The position numbers and the translations under genes are program-made. Shown piece after piece: positions 40,289 to 51,546 of a stretch of 64,000 bases of DNA. The stretch's first letter is position 1. Each line of letters begins with the position of its first letter. Source of the stretch: Patellaria atrata CBS 101060 (lineage: Eukaryota); contig MU006105.1 of assembly GCA_010093705.1 (NCBI GenBank), positions 163,960-227,959 of the forward strand. The letters are read 5' to 3'. The notes below the pieces were generated by a model. It saw nothing but the letters and a program-made list of their open reading frames with translations. It was not told the origin of the DNA and did no database searches.

Positions 40289-42350
40289 ATGTCCCCCCCA
40301 ACAGCTCAACGACGTGGCTCACCGCAAGCGACAGAAAAGCGACCTCCAGACGACCAACCTGTCATGGAGGGAACCACTAAACGAGCACCCTCCACTAACA
40401 GCGATAGCGAAGGAGAACGACCCGTGAGAGAGCAAATGAAGAATACTACGATTGCCGGATCACAAGCAGATACCAGTGTTGATAACATGAGCGAAGGAAG
40501 TGACAACGGCGTAATCCAGGCCACGATAGAGGTTAATGAATCTCAAAAGGTGGAATCAAGCGATAGGGGACGTCTAAGGCGTAAACGAAGCATCCAAGAC
40601 ATTGAAGGAGAGCAACTTGAAGATACGCCGGCCCCTAAAGCGAACAGACATCTTCGCAAACGATCTCGAGACATTCAAGCGGGTGAAACAGATTTTGATG
40701 CGATCCGACGGGTTACGTCCCCGCATCCTCCTCCAAATGAGGCTGAAGAGACATCAATGGAAGATGCCGTAGAACCTACAATTAACGGGACTGGTGGAAA
40801 TAGAAGCAACACTCCGGACAAGGATAGTTCAAAAGCGTCTTCCTCCAGTCCAGGCCACAAACGGAGTAGAGAGGAATATCTGGAAGACGAACAAAAGGAT
40901 GTAACTCCTACTGTTGATCTTGACACCGAAATCAAGGACGCAATTAATGGTGAATACAAGCAAGCAGTTTCACCGCAGTCCATATCTATTGAAAAGAATC
41001 AACCTCGAACGAAGCGTCACAGGGATAGCTACAGTCCGCAGTCTACCATTCCAGATGTCGAACCTCTGTCAGAGGTAGGGACGGAGACAAAGGTAAGTCG
41101 AACATTATCATATGTAGGGAAGTCGTTCTCCAACACGAATATAGATTCCTCCAAGCAGCGGATTTGCCAATACTTCTTCCACTTCACCCTTTGGTGCACT
41201 CGCAGGTAGTAAGTCCCCTCCAAGTCAACCCCAGACTTCTTCGACAGCTTTCGCCAAATCTGGATTCGGTGCGCTGGCAAACTCAACATCATCCCCTTTT
41301 GGCTCCATGTCTCCATCTACTGGCAACAAGAGTCCGTTTGGTGCATTCGGGACCTCCACTACTTCGAAACTCTCCTCTTTTGCAAGCCCAGTGGCAACAG
41401 ATAAACCATCCTCTACCACTTTTGGAGGAGGAGCAACTGCCGGAGATAAGTCACCATTTGCTGCCGCTTTTAGCACATCTACTTTAGGTAATGGTACTTC
41501 TGGCTTTAGTGGTCTAGGAGCAAGTAGCTTTGGCTCGAGATTGAGTTCAGGATTTGGAACTTTAGCAGGTGGAGGTCTCTCTTCATTTGCAAGCGGTGGC
41601 GGTCAGATCACCGGATTGAGTGAAAAGCCCGCGAAACCTTTTGGAGCCCCGGAAAGTGACGAGGAGGAAGACGATGAAGATGATACAGATGATGAAGATG
41701 ATGAGGATGCACAAAAGGACGAGGATAGAGAAGACAATGAAGCACCAAAGACGAAAGCAATCATCTTTGATGGAGATGAGAAGAAGGATAAGCGTAAAGA
41801 TGGTATGTCTTTAAAAGTAGCTTCATCATCATTACCTCAATCCCCTAACGCTTCTGAATCTACAGTTGAAACCGGAGAAGAGAATGAGACCACCGTCTTC
41901 GTTTCTCGAGCCAAGCTCTATACATACGTCAAGGTCGACGGCAAGTCCGACAAGAAGGAGTGGAAAGAGCGTGGTGTAGGCACACTAAAGCTCAATAAGC
42001 GCAACGCATCGACCACCGTAAATGACGACGATACCGAGGCTGGTCCTAAGGTGGAGCCAGTCAAAGCTCGTTTCGTCATGCGTGCCGATGCTACGCACAA
42101 TGTGATTCTTAACACAGCCGTCCAAAAGGATCTTAAGGTTGGTGATCCCCAAGGCGGACCCCCTAAAGGGATGTATGTCTACTTCTGGGGTAGCGTGGAT
42201 GGTAAGGCATTAGAATTAATGCAGTTCAAGGTAAGATATTCAACATGGTTTTCTACGTATATATATAGCCGGCTAATTCCTTTGTAGCTGAAGCAGCAAA
42301 ACGCAACAGATTTGTGCGAGAAGGTCAAGGAACTTCAAGATCAGATGTGA
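40289..42350 (+). CDS. Ran-binding-domain protein with FG-like repeats (Yrb2/RanBP3-like)
   Basis: NLS-like RLRRKRS/KRSRD, SPFG/KPFG repeats, acidic tract, RanBD (TGEENETTVFVSRAKLY..WKERGVGTLKL..ARFVMRA..VILN). Introns 41093-41143, 41803-41865, 42231-42287. Confidence 0.85.
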
Positions 42351-42704
42351 TCGAACGAACGGGTCTCTGGAGACTTCATTACTTAATAGGCGCTATTTGC
42401 AATGGTTCTCTTGGTGCATAAACACGGAGCGGTTGGAGCATTTGGATCGGGTTTGTTTATATAGAGACCACGCATCGCCTCTTGGACTTATGGCCCTCTT
42501 TGGCCGTCTGAGTGTGTGATCTATCATGTTGATACATTGGCATGGGCATGGGCATGGGCATTCTTGAATAGCCTCTCTACTTTTGATCATCATTGCAATA
42601 AAAGCAAATTTCACATCTTGTTGTTCATAGTTTCATTTTAAAGTGTTACAAACGTCTTTAATTATTACGATCCCATCCTGAAACAACTACTACCACAGTA
42701 TACC

Positions 42705-44369
42705 CTACATATCCAACTCAACCTCCCCGACGCCCCTACTCACACAACTTAACATCCCACCTTCCTTCTCCCCCTCCGTAAGCCCGTCGCCCCTATGCTC
42801 CACCCTCCCCCCGCAAACAGGGACTCTACACGACCCACAACTGCCCGCCTCGCACGAGCTATCGACATCGAAGCCGGCTTCCCTCAACACAGCCAAGAGA
42901 CTCTTATCCGCATCCACCGTCAGCGTCCTCTCGCTCTTCCGCAGCTTCACCGTGAACAGATCGCCAGAGACATCCGCGCCGAAAGCCTCGAAGTGGACGA
43001 ATTCCTTCCTAATGCCGCATTCCTTAGCCGCGTAAGCCACGGCGTCCATCAGTCGCTGCGGCCCACAAGAGTAGACGTGTGTATTCGGCCCCGTCTCCGC
43101 CAGAACGGCGAAGACATCCAATCTCTCCCCCGCCGAGCGGTCGTATATCCGTACGTTCGGGCCGAACTTGGACAAGAGGGCGCGGAAGGGTATATCGGCC
43201 GTGGAGCGCACGGCGTAGTGCAAGCGCCAGCTTCGGTTGTGCGCGTGGAGGAAGTCGGCGGCGGCGATGAAGGTAGTGATGCCGATGCCGCCGGCCATGA
43301 TGGTGTGGTGGTCGGCTGTCGCTGCGAGGGGGAAGGAGGCGGTGATGGTGCTGGCGGAGATCACGGTTCCGACCCTGACGGTCTCGTGGATGTACTTTGA
43401 GCCGCCGCGGCTTTGGGCGTCGAGGGCGATGCCGAGGGTGAAGGCGTTCGTGGAGCCCGAGACCACGGAGTAGGCGCGGACGAGCTTGCCGGGGAGGTGG
43501 AGGCGGACGTGAGAGCCTGGTTGCACCGGTGAGGGGGAGGGGGAGGATGAGAGCGCTGAGAGGGTCAGGGCGCAGATACGGGGTGTTTCCATCGTGCGTG
43601 CTGTGACTTTGTAGTCCTTCCAGGGTTTCATGGCCATTTCGGTTCCTCCTAGTAGACGGGAGATCTGGTCTTCCACTTTACCTTTGTCGAGCCGCTTCTG
43701 GAAGATCTTCTTAGTTTCCGAGGAGAGGGATTCGAGTTGGATCAGCTCTTTCATGGCTGAGGGGTTGGACATCTCGGTCCAGAGGTATTGTTGGACACGG
43801 TGGATGGTCCATGTGGGATTTCGCCGCTCCAGCAACTCCATGGTGTCGCCTGCTTTGATCTCCCCTTCCACAAGTACCCGCATATATATGCCTGTTCGAC
43901 CCAGCGTCTGCGAGAGCCTCGACATGCCTGCATGCCCGAAGCGGTGGTTAAGTTTCGCGCAGGGAGCACGGGGCTGCGCTACTTGGATGACGACCTCATC
44001 ACCTATAGCGATCTTATCCCCTATACAAAGATTCCTGTCATTCGCCTCTCTGACGACAAGATTCTCCCCAAACCCACCGATATTGAACTTCTCGGCGCAT
44101 TGCGGGAGTTCCTCCTTCCAATTATCATAAAGACTAGCGCAATATAGGAGGAGTGCCTTGTCAGGACCGCCGTGCGCTTTATGTGCCTGTTGATCCCCAT
44201 CGCAGCCTAACTTAGTAACCCTGACAGGATCCTTGCGGGGGTCTTTGAAGATGGCGGAGTTTAGACCTTTGATGTCGAAGACATCCTTCTTGACCTTACC
44301 AGTGCGAACTTCGAGGAGGGTTTCCCTGCTCCAGGGGACCGAAAGGGACGCATCGGTATGGACTGTCAT
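42705..44369 (-). CDS. MOSC (YiiM-like) + 3-alpha + FAD/NAD(P)H reductase + [2Fe-2S] ferredoxin fusion
   Basis: SAIFK..GDQQA...HGGPDKA, FGENL, IGD, QPRAPCAKL (Moco Cys), RTGIY; RAYS, RGGS, AGGIGIT, CGP..M, HFEAF; SSCEAGSCGSC...SCVSR. Intronless 554 aa. Confidence 0.92.
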   Translation of the reverse strand: MTVHTDASLSVPWSRETLLEVRTGKVKKDVFDIKGLNSAIFKDPRKDPVRVTKLGCDGDQQAHKAHGGPDKALLLYCASLYDNWKEELPQCAEKFNIGGFGENLVVREANDRNLCIGDKIAIGDEVVIQVAQPRAPCAKLNHRFGHAGMSRLSQTLGRTGIYMRVLVEGEIKAGDTMELLERRNPTWTIHRVQQYLWTEMSNPSAMKELIQLESLSSETKKIFQKRLDKGKVEDQISRLLGGTEMAMKPWKDYKVTARTMETPRICALTLSALSSSPSPSPVQPGSHVRLHLPGKLVRAYSVVSGSTNAFTLGIALDAQSRGGSKYIHETVRVGTVISASTITASFPLAATADHHTIMAGGIGITTFIAAADFLHAHNRSWRLHYAVRSTADIPFRALLSKFGPNVRIYDRSAGERLDVFAVLAETGPNTHVYSCGPQRLMDAVAYAAKECGIRKEFVHFEAFGADVSGDLFTVKLRKSERTLTVDADKSLLAVLREAGFDVDSSCEAGSCGSCRVPVCGGRVEHRGDGLTEGEKEGGMLSCVSRGVGEVELDM

Positions 44370-44692
44370 GGCGAAGATTAGGCTTTGATCTTCAGTTAGT
44401 TTTGGGGGATTGTACGTACGGGTGAGAAGTCCGCCTTATACGAGTGGGCGTTAACACAGGTAGCGGTCTCTTGTGATTCAATTGTCCCTAGAGAAACGGT
44501 TTGAGATTTGTGAAGTGGGAAAGTTATGAGTTCAGGTGGATTTGAAATGTTAGGGTGAAGTTATGTCGAGGAGAGGAAAAGGATCTTTAAATAAGTCCAA
44601 CCTCTTTAGGAAGGTCTTTGACTCATTGTACTTGATGCTAGCTTATCATCCAATAAGAAATCTGATTTAGCATCCAGAAAACACAATACTTT

Positions 44693-44725
<33 letters not shown>

Positions 44726-47085
44726 TCGTTGTATTGTATACGGTATATATAAAGAATAGTACTTTGTTTCGGATATGCTCAATGAGAGGAAAATATCAAT
44801 GAAATGAATGACGCAGAGAAATCTGATTGTATGAGAAAGATAATTCAATTGAATAGTGTATAAAAGACCGTGTTTGATAGCTATGAGCGACTGAAAATAA
44901 TACTATTCATTCTAGAAATGATAAATGTTCAACATCGTCCTAACCATGTACCAGGACTGCGGGATGACAGGAAAGCTTCGAGCGTAACTTATAATAAGAA
45001 TGCAACTGAGTCAGAGGGCTGGTGGCCTCATAATGCTTGTTCTCTGATGAGAGATGGTGTCCATCATAGAGCAATGTACAATTAGAGCGGTGTTGTGTTG
45101 GGTCTCAGCCTTGTGGATAATGCGGAGAGCAGGACCGTCGAGACGATAGATCTATTATGGTACTCCATAGTACGTTTAGAGTTGCCGCTGTTGTACTCTA
45201 CACCGCAACCATGCCGCTGTTTTACGGCATATGAGACTCACCAGAGTCATCTTGTCGATTTTCGTCTGAGTTCAGAGCTCGAGACGTTGTGATGATAAGG
45301 TACTCCGTAGGTTGCACCGCGTTGGACTGATCCGTCTCAACCTTAACCACACCGTCGTACGAGAATGGAGACTTCATCTTTGATATCTCATCTCGACGTA
45401 TAGAAGCTCTCTACGTTCGATCTAACAAGTAGAGTTCTCGCTCCAAAATCGCTGGGAGTAAGATAGCAGATGCGCTGTACGGAGTATTGAAAGGCCTTGT
45501 GCTTACGGGCAACTTTTACCATTCCATGACCACTCTCCTCCTATGGACTATGTTCGTTCCTTTGCTCTTGACTCATATCTAGCGGTCTCGATATTATTTT
45601 CTGTAACACAACAGAAAGCGATTGTAAGGCCTTAAGGTCAGATGGCGCTTATGTCAGGATTCGAGGCGGTGCGAAACTTCTACTGACACTGCGCAGAGGC
45701 TGCGCGCACGCCATGTAAGGATTCACTGCTGCTCTCCATCACCATGCCTCCCAGGCGTGAACCCCCGCAAGTCCTGCTAGCCAAACGGGGAATTTGGTCT
45801 TTTGTCTGATGCGAAGTGCAAAGCGAGAGTTGAGGGGATGGACCTGGAAATACGGTAGGGTTTTGCCCATGCTGTTTTCCTGTAAAATTGATGCATATTA
45901 ATTTAGGCAAGGCAGAACATCACCCAACAGCTCGGTATCGACTCGGTTATGAACCGTAGACCAGTATTTCGTCTTCTTTAACTTAACCGTACCTGTCAAA
46001 TCTTTAGTTATCGTACCTTTCGAAGTTTGAAACATGAAGCTTTGCGAAACTGCAGCATCGTTAAAGGTTCTTGATTCAAGCTCCACATGCCATGGGATTT
46101 GGAAGGATGAGGTGGCTGTACAGTCAGATCTCTAGCATTCGAAGCAAGTTAGGACTCCAACTTGGCAAAACCTTCGACTCTCCACCGTCGAGGACCTTCA
46201 GGCTCCAATCCTCTTTCATCACCGCCTCGTATGGCTCCTATGCAGGATGACTTCCCATCAAAGCATTTCCATGCCAACATTCGGCTCTCCACCGAGGCAG
46301 CCGGCCAGCAAACTGGCGGTGCGTCATATTGCAAGAAAAGATCACGATGTTGTGCTAAGAAAGCGCGCCGTTGCCGTCGCTAACACCAGAGACGGATATG
46401 ATTGACTTACTCAGCCAGCCTTAATTGGGCAAACTCTTCGGCGGACATTTTTCTAAGAAGCTTAAATTTCTGCATGTGGTGAAGATCGGTATAGCGGCTT
46501 GTACCTTTGCTATCCTACGTAGAGTCAGTTTTCAGCTTCTTTTAGTCTTTTAGACCAAAGAAAACAATTGATCGTCACCATGACTTCGACGGAGGAGACC
46601 CGAGCTCTGTTTAGGGTCGCCAAATCTCGTGTTTACATGGATCCCGTTCCAGATAGCCTACTTTTGACAGCTCAGACCGTGCCTATCCCTCGTGTTATTT
46701 GGGGGTTAACCGTCATCAAAGCCTTACTGCCTTCGCCGGTTTGAGACATGGCCTGTTGCGCACAGCCATGTAACCATTCTTAGAGAATGATCTACAGATT
46801 CACATCCCACGGGCAAGGGCGAGCGAGGTCCCCACAAGGGTCAACTCTAGCAATAGCTTTTGAGGCTGACCATATGCGTTCCGATAGTGGAGCATTTACT
46901 GACATTGCGGAAGACGGCACTGAAGCTATCGATATTGATTTCGGTATAAAAGAGTTCGGGGAACGGCCCCAAGAAACAATGTCAAAGAAGCATTATACCC
47001 ATTTCCTTTCCAGTTGTCTAGAACCATTTCCATTTCCTTTTCCTTGCCTCTTTGTCTGTCGTTGAAAGTATTTGTAGTAGTAATC

Positions 47086-48972
47086 ATGTCTGTCGTTGCG
47101 AGATATGTGTTGCATGCATTGAACTCTTATGTTCCCTCTATATCATCGAGAGAACCAACTGGTATGAAAAAGAGACATTCCTATAACCGTAGTGGGCCAA
47201 TACTTATTCTGAAATAGTTGATATACCATCGAGAAACCCTGAACCTGCTTCAGTCGTTCGACATGTGCCCGAAAAGGTCCAACCGCAAAGGCGGACAACA
47301 GCTACAATGCCAGATACTGGCGTAACACGGACGTATGAGTTTACAGTCTCCTATCAAACCATTGCACCGGACGGTGTTCCCAGGAAGGGAATAGTAATCA
47401 ACGAGCAATTCCCTGGACCCCCAATTGAAGCTGATTGGTAAGTTACTTGAATGAACTGTATTGTGTGATTTATTCTGACCAGACTTAAGGGGTGACTGGA
47501 TTGAAGTGACTATGCACAATGCAATTGAAGACGAAGGAACAGCGCTTCATTGGCATGGTCTTCTTCAGAAAGGAACTCCAACTGAGGATGGCGTTCCCGG
47601 AGTTGGTCAATGTCCTACACCACCAAATGGCACGCAATTCTTCAAGTTTCAGGCTGATATCTACGGCACGAGCTGGTACCATTCCCACTACAGCGCTCAA
47701 TACGCCGGTGGTGCGGTCGGGCCGATGATCATCCACGGCCCGGGAGAGGACCAGTACGATGAAGATCTCGGCCCTATCATGCTGTTAGATTGGTACCATA
47801 AGCCGTACTATCAACTGGTCGACCAGACGATGGCACCCACCTCGGAGGGTCTTCCACCGCCTGTTTCTGAGAATGCTCTCATCAATGGTTTGAATCCATA
47901 TGACTGCTCTCTGACCGACGTTCCATGCACCCAACTTTCTGAATTTTCGACATTCAAGTTCACATCCGGCAAGAAGCACAGACTACGACTTATGAACACC
48001 GGTGCTGAAGCAATCCATCATTTCTCGATTGACGGCCACAATATGACTATTATCGCAAACGACTTCATCCCCGTGGAGCCTTATGAGACTCGATTCGTGA
48101 GTCTTGGTGTTGGGCAACGAACCGATGTTATCGTCGAAGGTCTTGACGATGCCACTGGAGCCTACTGGATGCGTTCAGATATGGGTCCCGGTTTCAAAGC
48201 GGGCGGCTGCAATCTGGTCAACGAGAACTCAACGCTCGCCAAGGCAATAATCTACTACGAAGACGCAGACACCACCGCTCTTCCAACTACCGAAGCACAC
48301 GTCGACTACAACAGCAAATTCTGCGGCAATGACCCTTTATACTTGACCACACCATTGGAGCCCTTGACACCTACCCTAGAACCCTCAACTACGCAAGAGA
48401 TCCACATGAAGCTCGAATCAAACGGCACCCACACCGTCTGGAAAATGAACGGCTCTTCCTACCGAGCCAACTACAATGACCCGACCCTCCTGGAAGCCAA
48501 ACTCGGCTCCCTCGAATTCCCACCCGAAGCAAACGTGCACAACTTTGGCGCCAACGACTCCGTCCGCCTCGTCGTCTACAACCACTGGACCGGCGGTTCT
48601 CACCCTATGCACATGCACGGACACAACATGTTCGTCCTCGCCGAGGGCTACGGTGTCTGGGATGGGAGCATCGTCAACGCGGAAAACCCGCAGCGGAGAG
48701 ATGTTCAGATCGTCAACAAGGCCCAAGATGACGACACCCCGGCCTTCATCGTGGTGCAGTTCGAGCAGGACAATCCGGGAGTGTGGCCGTTCCATTGTCA
48801 CATCGCGTGGCACGTGTCTGCAGGGCTCTATATCAATATCCTGGAGCGCCCGGATGATATTGTCGATTTGGATGTCCCGGCCAGGAGTGCGCAGACGTGT
48901 AGGGATTGGGCCGCTTGGACGGGCCAGAATGTGCCGAATCAGATTGATTCGGGGCTCAGAATGAGGGAATGA
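47086..48972 (+). CDS. Laccase-like multicopper oxidase (AA1)
   Basis: Exons 47086-47161, 47218-47437, 47490-48972. Copper motifs LHWHG, WYHSH, HPMHMHGH, HCHIAWH (axial Leu); ascomycete laccase C-terminal DSGL motif. Confidence 0.95.
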
Positions 48973-49719
48973 GGAACTGATAGGAGCATATAGGACGGTC
49001 GTGATGATGTTTAGCGGCATTGAATATTTGGGCGTTCATCGTTTGGAAAGGAGTTTGAGGTCGGTCGAGAGGATTATGTGTTACGAATCTCCTTTGCATA
49101 CCCGCTTTGCGGTTCGAAGTGCTTGATTTCGCACGCCGTAGAATATTGTATTACTGAATGTAAAAGATGATATATCCATATGGTCGCGCTCGCTTTGGTA
49201 CGTGAATATCCCTGTGAGATACCTTATATTGACGACATCTCGTCTCTACTCCGGTCACCCCAGTAACGGTAATGGATCTACCCTTGAAACTGACGGGCGT
49301 CTTCCTAAAGATACAGGTAGCTTGATATTTGATATACGGTAAATCAAATATGACTTAAAGTTATATACTATCGTTAGATCTTTTTAAGCCTTTCTATTGA
49401 CTTTACAAGTACTTTGGTATAGGTAAATTTCGCGTCTAGGAGGAAGTTAGCTAAATTATCTTACTCGAGTTGATCAAACATCCGCCTCGCTCAAGTCCGG
49501 TCTGAGTAGAATTTACATTCATATACGCTAACGCTTATTGAATTTCACGTATTCATATACTACTTAAATATTAAACTGAATAATAACTATTATAAATACC
49601 CCTCTTCTCCGCTAAGGTGTACCCACTCTCGGCTTCTTCAAATTCGAAAAATTCCTCAATAGTGTCAAGTTCGCTCGAAGGTCTAATGTATTCGGACCTT
49701 ACTCTCGTCAGCGCATGCT

Positions 49720-50657
49720 TACTTATGCAGAAATTGGACATCATTTCTTGATGAGAAGAGAGATGTCATACTTAGAGCGCATCTCCCGAACGCGTTGCAA
49801 GGTTTCATCTACTGACTCGTAGACATCTTCCTTAATGTCAATTGGAGTGGTGTTTTCGATCGATCAGGTCATGCTACCGCCGTTATGAACCTGCTGTTCG
49901 CGACTAACCGCGTCCCCCAGTAGCTTGATCTGCTTATCTAATAGGGAAATGGCAAGTAACAATTTCGCGATAGACCGTTCCGACTTTCACTCATCATGCC
50001 TGAAACTCTCAAGCTTTTCGGCGACCCAAGTTCATTTGCTGCGCTTCTCGTTAAGCATCTCTTGGTAATACTCTTCTTTAGACAGCTCGCTATCAGATGG
50101 GTAACCGAGCTCTAAAGTGTCTCGAAGGTCTTCCAAATGATCGCTGATGTCTGAGGAATCCAAAGGATCAGCACCAAGTGAACTTCGAGATGCTAGCCCA
50201 ACTGCACGGAAGGAATTGGTTTCCAAATTTGACTCACTTGCCTCTTCGTCCCCATCATCTTAATTCCCTACAGTTTAAGAGATGGCAAAAGCTGCAATCC
50301 TCTCGAGATGATTCGCGAGATGATTCTCGAGGCCCTTAGCAAACGGTCCAGCCATCTAGCAAATGGGACAATAGGGACGATTGTCTATGACACTTGTCTC
50401 TGAGATATCAATAAAGTTACTAATTTGACGGTCAGTAAGGACGCCGGAATGTTCGTGCCGCAAGTGATCTTCTAGTTCCTGGCCGGACCGGAACAACGAC
50501 GTAGAATGCTCATAACAATTCCAAACTCTTCTATGTGAGTGATTTTCATGTCCAACCCACTGTCGTCGACTCGAATAGAGTAGATTAGGGTCCTTTCAGT
50601 CCGCGCACGTACAAATATATGGCTGAAGGTCTCGTAGTATTACTAGTATATGAGCTC
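49720..50657 (-). pseudogene. Decayed fungal C2H2-type zinc-finger protein gene
   Basis: One frame reads AHIL..LRDLQPYICTCAD*KDPNLLYSSRRQWVGHE.HSHRRVWNC..H...LEDHLRHEH...CPIC*...LENHLANHLERIAAFA. In-frame stops at 50596, 50356, 50275, 50260, 50032 and further downstream. Confidence 0.75.
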
Positions 50658-51546
50658 TGATGTTTATTTTGATTAGTTTAGCATAGGAGGTAGCAAGGAG
50701 CACAGATTTATGCTGATACTGTACTACCAACGCCCATATAGCGGGGATCTGAACCTATACCTAAGATTCAAGTACTACATCATTGCTCCCTTAAAAAAAC
50801 ACTTTGAATTCTTTGAAGAAACCTACGAGTAATAGGAGGATCGAGTGTCGAAGCAGAATCGAGGTCGAGATCTGGAATTTCTCCTTTCTTAGAGCTAGAG
50901 TCACCTGGACGATACATGCTGAAATCAGCGATGATGGATATCTTATTCCATCTAAGCTAGTAAGGAAGAGAACAGTGTCTGACATTTACGAAATCCCGAA
51001 GAAACATATATAAGGTACAATATCAACAATCACCGTCTGAGTTCAAAAATAGACTCTTGACCAGCTTTTATGGGCTAGAACTATTAAAGCTAGAGGTTGA
51101 ACTAAGGATCCGAGAACGTGGAACGCCGTTATATCCTACATGGATGATAAATACGGGAACCAATCTGCGCCCGTACAGTTGCGAATGAGCTAGCCAGCAA
51201 GCGACTGGCATTGGATATTCTCAAGCGGAAGAATGTAGTTCACTCAAGTAATTAGAGTTGTTATTATGCTGCAGATGGTAAGTTCGGGAACCAACCAACC
51301 TGGAGCATGCGTTGCTTATTTGGGGGCCAATTTCCAACTCATGCAATTCCTATGACGTAAGTGGCTATAGTGTTGCAGTCAGTCAAAGCTACTGTACAGA
51401 CACTACAGAGTACAACAGTTACTTCTTCTTGACTTGTTAATAATCACGCTAGGCAAAACTCATAAACCATTTTCTTCTGATTCCCATTTTCTCCTAATTC
51501 GGACCATAAATTTTAACATCGAGAAAGATTATCCCTTCAACCCCCG

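Noticed and set aside
44690..44725. Poly-T tract and the Lys-rich ORF 44606-44848
   Set aside because: Simple low-complexity intergenic sequence.
42705..48972. MOSC fusion plus laccase as a secondary-metabolite cluster
   Set aside because: No PKS, NRPS or terpene backbone gene and no pathway regulator in the window; adjacency alone is insufficient.
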